Below, piece by piece: positions 58,945-64,000 of a stretch of DNA of 64,000 nucleotides (its first letter is position 1; every line of letters begins with the position of its first letter). Source of the stretch: the human T2T-CHM13v2.0 reference genome, Homo sapiens; assembly GCF_009914755.1 (NCBI RefSeq), contig NC_060927.1. One strand, written 5' to 3'. The translations under genes were made by a program, and so were the position numbers. The notes under the pieces are model-generated. The model did not search any database. It was not told the DNA's origin and saw nothing but the letters and a program-made list of their open reading frames with translations.

Positions 58945-59689
58945 CTGGGGAGAAACAAGGGTGTTCTTATTTTCTATAAGCATCTTGATCTAGTCTACTG
59001 TCCACAAGTGTCAGACATTGGCTTTAGGCTGCATTGCCTATTTTAGAGTTGATTTACAGTAGTAAAGCAACATGGAGAAGATTCGACACAGGATGCAGGG
59101 AGGGATAAAAGAAAATGTTCAGTCTGGGCTGAATTCCTTTCATTTCTCCAACTAATTACCAAAGGTTAATTGCTATTCTTTGACAACGTGATTCTGGTTT
59201 TTCCTTTTCACTCCTTTCCCCACAAACAACCTTAACTACTTTAGTTTAACTTCTAATTTTTCACAAGAAGTATTAATTGAGATTGTAAACAGATAGTCTT
59301 CATATAAAACATTTAACATGTTAACATTAACCTCTGCTTACCCATTTAACCTGTTCCTAGGGTCAAAATGCTTCAGGATAGAGGGTACTTAAATAATTAT
59401 CATTCAGTTACATCCCACCAATTGAAAAGAGGTGTAAATGGGATAAGGGCAAAGGCTCTTATCGAAGCTGCTTTCCCGACTGTTCACAGACATGGTAACT
59501 GTGATAGGCAGCAGCATCTTTCATTTACAGGAAAATTTAACCAATATTGGTCTGTTTGGGTAGTTTATCATAACCCATGATTTGCAATGGTCTCAAAACA
59601 TAGTAAAACAAAGAGAGAAATGAGCCTAACTTCATAGAAACTGATAAGCCAACAAACACACTTGCCTTCCGAAGCAGGCATTGTATCAA

Positions 59690-59820
59690 TGCTCTAAACC
59701 TGGACAAACTGAGGCTCAGGGAAAATCAGACACTTGCTCATGATCACATAGTGGCAAAGTGGGAAGGTCACGATTGGAACCCAGGTCCACATGTGACTCT
59801 GGTGCCTACGATCTTTGTAC
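59690..59820 (-). mobile_element. MIR fragment
   Basis: aaactgaggctcagg...acttgctcatgatcacatag...gaacccagg. Confidence 0.75.
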
Positions 59821-60056
59821 TGTGCTGGTAAATGTTTGCACCCTGTTCTAAATCCTTCTGCCTCCAAAGACTGAGCCTGGCATGAAGGATCAGACAATTA
59901 ATTCATCTGGCAATTAGAGTTTTAAGTAAGGCTTCTTTGGACTATGCAATAATAATTGCAAAGATTAAGAATGTCTATTATACCCTGAAAAGTATAATAA
60001 GACTATTATGCCATGACAGGAGCAGCATAATGGTTAAGTTCTGGGACCATTATGTC

Positions 60057-60227
60057 CATTGCATCTGGCAAGGAAGCAGAGAAGGTGAACTTGGTTGTTC
60101 AAAAACATTCTTTGCAAGATGCTGTCTGGCTGAGAAATGTGTTTTGGGCATTGTCTTAATTGTCCCTTGAGAGAGATTCTCTGAGTTCAGGGCTGGACTT
60201 AAGATGTCTTCAGGAATCTCAGATTGG
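60057..60227 (-). repeat. Inverted repeat arm B (partner 58773-58944)
   Basis: See arm A. The similar peptides CIWQ...CS.TFFARCCL in ORFs 58654..58983(-) and 59937..60170(+) reflect the same repeat. Confidence 0.95.
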
Positions 60228-62911
60228 CGCAACATCAGAGTCAGAACCTGTGATGTTTCCTCATCCACAGAAAGGGAATGATAATGGTTCCTTCTCATGT
60301 CACCAGTTCTCATGTCACCAGGTTACTAGGATGCATGACTGAGATAGACAGATACCCAAAGACTGCCTCAGTATGGCATCTGGCCAATAATTAGCACCCA
60401 AAACACAAGGCACAGTGTTAAGCTGGACATTCACATAGTTCAACACCGAGGTCATGATGCTCTTTTCCCACATACATTACTCTTCTACAAAATCTAGGCA
60501 ATGGAGAATGCCTAATCTCACTTTAACTTAGGCTAAAGCAAGTTTGGAAGAGCTGGGGCCTGAAAGCTAAGTAAATAAATATCATTATATATTCCTAACT
60601 GTATCTATCTTTCTCCATGACTGGAAAAAGAGTGGCACATTTTAGGGGACCAGTGGAGTGACCACCAGGTAGACAATTTTTATTCTGAAGGTGGTGGGAG
60701 GAGCCATGGGAAGGAAGACGAGGGGAGCAGCTCCGCTTGGACTTTCAGTAGAGCACAGATATGACAGGGAGATGATACTGACCAAGTGGGCTGTGGGCCA
60801 GGAGAAGGGGAAATCACATACATAACATGGTCACACCTGGAAGGGGATGGCCACAGGAGCAAAGGGGAAGGGAAACAGATTTTGGCTCACAACAGGATAG
60901 GAGAAACATCAAGACTAAGAAACGGTGAACTTAGGAACGGTGGAGACAGAAACGAGCTGGGGAGTCTGGGAGTACAGGGTACTTGGGGATTGCTACACAC
61001 TACAGACTGCTCCAAGTTCTACCATATCAGTGGGTCTCGATGGATTGGTACGAAAAGAAGGTGAAGAACAGAGGAAAAACAACAAATGGAAATGGAGTGG
61101 CACCTTCTTGGCAGCTTTCACAGAGTTGCCTTCTATTCAGTAACTCTTCCCAGAGGGCAAGTGTCTCTTCCCTTCAGTAACCCCGACCCTGAAGACTGAG
61201 GAGTTCTCAACAGAACCTGGGATGCAGGGTGCAGAAGGGCAGTTCTGGTCATATTCTGGAGCCCAGTGACATCTGTTTCCTTGGGCTTGGCAGGAAGCTC
61301 TATCAGATACTTAGGACCCCAGCCCCCACCCAAACCCAATTCAAGAGGTTAGCTGGGCCCCTAATGCAACACAGGATCTCCCTGGGAGAAGCTTAGGTCT
61401 TTAGGATTAAGAAAAAGCAGGGACATATTAACCTTGGAGAAGGGGTTGTGGGTATCCAGACCTTAACACTGACATGAACCATCCAAAGTGCCTAAGCCAA
61501 GTCACAAGCAGAAATGCAAGCTCACTTTTCAAGAAGATACAGTTGATTTTGTTTAAAAGAAGCTTTGCTATCATATTTGAACATGTAACTATTAGATCAA
61601 TGTTAAAATTACCCCAAATAATCTTCTCAGCTTTCAACTCAAGGTCTAATTGGATAAGAATTGGTTGGGGGAAGAAAAGTCACAGTGGAAAATCAAAAAT
61701 TGAATGTAATTTGAATGTCAAAATGACATCTTATGAGGCTGCATTTTTTTAAGCATCCAAGAATGTGAACCATCTATTGGCAAAGTCCCTTTTCTCTTTA
61801 GTATTACTCTGTCACCATTCTCCTCCAAACCATCCAGCCTCAAAAGCTTGGACACAAGACATCTCCTAATGAGTGTGGTGGTTCACAGGGTCCATCCACG
61901 CCACTGTCAATGTGGACTCTTTTTAAAAACTCCTTTTCTGCCTAAGGACAGGTGTTCCCTAATGATGTCTGTTGTGGGACTCACAGCAGAGAACTGGCTA
62001 GACTGGAAAGCTGCCCAGTAGGTTTTGAGAAATGTAACTGACTGACCGCTAGTCTGTGTGATGTAACACCTCGCAGCCTCAGATTATGCAAAGTTCACAA
62101 AGACTCACTAGTCTTCACACAGCTGGGAAACAGCTCTGTCTGTTGACTAGTGACATGAAAGCACTGTATATTTGGCTGTTTCCAGGCAAAAATGTGCAGA
62201 GATGGGAGTTGAGGGGACCAAGAGGTAGAGCTGGCTGCCAGAAATTCTTTACTGAAGAATTGCTGATGTCTTCACTCCCTATGCTCAGATGCTTTTGTCC
62301 TCTTTGTAGTTAAAACTTTAAAATTCTTAATGGTGAAGCAGTTTGGACCAGCCCTGCCTTGTAATTCAACCCAGCTCTAAGGAAGTGATTCTTGCAGAAG
62401 AACATAAGAGGAAACTGTTCCAAAGCCTAAGACTGAAGGTAGTCATAAGGACGGTGCTTGAAATTAAGTTGAAATTGGATGAGACACTCAACAAAAGTAT
62501 TAATAGGATGTTTCTGTCATCAGAAAAAGGTGTAGAGAGAATGAAGGGAGACAAAGGGCATGGGGGAACAGGTAGAAAAAAAAACAAGAGCTTTTCCAGA
62601 GTCATAATATCTGCACAATAGTTCACATGGTCCTAAGCCAAACGAGATATTTTTGAAAACTAATATGAGAAGACGTTTCAGTACTTTCCTCGTTTAAAAA
62701 AGTCTGCTACTATATTTACACAACCTGAAAAAATCCATAAATGTCTAATTTCTTATTTCCACGAGCTTGATTTCAAATTTTCTCTCTCATTTTTGTCACT
62801 GACTCATCTGCTTTTCTGGTGAACAACCACAAGCAATGCTTCACCAAAAATGACACCAACAAACCTTTAAGGTGTTACAGCATCTTAACACTTCCACTTA
62901 CTTATGGGGTG

Positions 62912-63253
62912 TGCTACGATCTGAATGTTTATGTGCCCTCAAAATTCATATGTTGAAATCCTAATCCCCAAAGTGATGGTATTAGCAGGTGGGGCCTTTG
63001 GGACGTGATTAGGGATTAGTGCCCTTATAAAGGGGCCCAAGAGAGAAACCCTCACCCTTTCTACTATGTGAGCACAACAACAGAAAGACAGCCATCTGTG
63101 AACCAGTAAGTGGGTCCTCACCAGACCCTGAATCTGCTAGCACCTTGATCTAGGGGTTCCTAGCCTCCAAAATTACGAGAAATAAATTTCTGTTGTTTAT
63201 AAGCTATCCAATTTCTGGTATTTTTGTTACAGCAGCCTAAATGCACTAAGACA
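62912..63253 (+). mobile_element. MaLR solo LTR (MLT1A-like)
   Basis: tgctacgatctgaatgttt...ctaagaca. TSD gggtg / gagtg. Confidence 0.9.
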
Positions 63254-63307
63254 GAGTGGTTTCTGGTATTTCTGTTACAGCAGCCTAAATGGCCTAAGAC
63301 AGAGTGG
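63212..63307. repeat. 48-bp tandem duplication spanning the LTR 3' end and flank
   Basis: tttctggtatt(t/c)tgttacagcagcctaaatg(ca/gc)ctaagacagagtgg twice. Confidence 0.93.
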
Positions 63308-63370
63308 TTTTCAAATGTATACATCCAATTACCAACCAGAAGCATTTTCTTCCCTAAATAAAGAAAAAAG

Positions 63371-63809
63371 TGCTATAGTTTGGATGACTGTCCCCCCAAA
63401 TCTCTGTTGATATCTAATTCCAACATTGGAGGTGGGGCCTAATGGGAGGTGTTTGGGTTATGGGGGTGGACACCTCATGAAGAGATTAATGCTGTCCCAG
63501 GGTGGTGGTGGGCAGAGAGTGAGCTCTGCTCTATTAGTTCTTGCAAGAGCTGGTTGTTAAAAGAGCCTGGAACTTCTCTCCTCTCTCTCTCCATTGCCTC
63601 CTTTCTCTCCATGTAATCTCTGCACATGCAGGCTAGTCTTTGCCTTCTGCCATGATCGGAAGCAGCCTGAGGCCCTCATCAGAAACTGAGCAGACGCCGG
63701 TGCCATGTTTCTTGTGCAACCTGCAGGACCATGAGCCAAACAAACCTCTTTCTTTACAAATCACCCAGCCTCAGGTATTTCTTCATGTCAACACAAATAG
63801 ACTAAGATA
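63371..63809 (+). mobile_element. MaLR solo LTR (MSTB-like)
   Basis: tgctatagtttggat...ggaggtggggcctaatgggaggtgtttggg...cccagcctcaggtatt...gactaagata. Confidence 0.9.
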
Positions 63810-64000
63810 GAAAGCAGAGGCTACTCATCTAAAAAACCATAAGTGCACTTGCTTACATGAAGGTAGGAGGTTTTTCTGGCCATTCTCTCCATAGCTTTGT
63901 TAATTTGGGTGGGAAAAACATAAACAACTCTGTAACCCATATGTTATTCATAAGCTTTAGCCCTCCACCTTTACATCTTAGCCCAAATGAACTTGAATAT

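Overview
Primate (very probably human) genomic DNA, AT-rich and repeat-dense, with no prokaryotic features. The whole window lies inside PDZRN3 (LNX3/SEMCAP3, a RING-PDZ E3 ligase), transcribed on the minus strand. Two internal phase-0 coding exons are visible, at 56083-56169 ([29 protein letters not shown]) and 49838-49945 ([36 protein letters not shown]); together they encode the N-terminal part of PDZ1. The rest is intron with Alu, MIR, L1, L2, MaLR/ERVL LTR and hAT relics plus microsatellites. Almost all ORFs in the track are spurious. Items worth following up: (1) two candidate internal promoters/alternative first exons in the long intron downstream of exon 3, one a 4-codon MINQ exon near 16671 and one a TATA-led non-coding exon near 9012, both predicting RING-less isoforms; (2) a ~170 bp inverted repeat (~86% identity, not recognised as a transposon) at 58773-58944 and 60057-60227; (3) an unusual exon-3 acceptor with an RBFOX motif and a T10 tract; (4) inverted Alu pairs and several isolated regulatory motifs. 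I found no evidence of a wholly new biological system. Repeat boundaries and subfamilies were called by eye and are approximate; exon numbering follows my recall of the gene.
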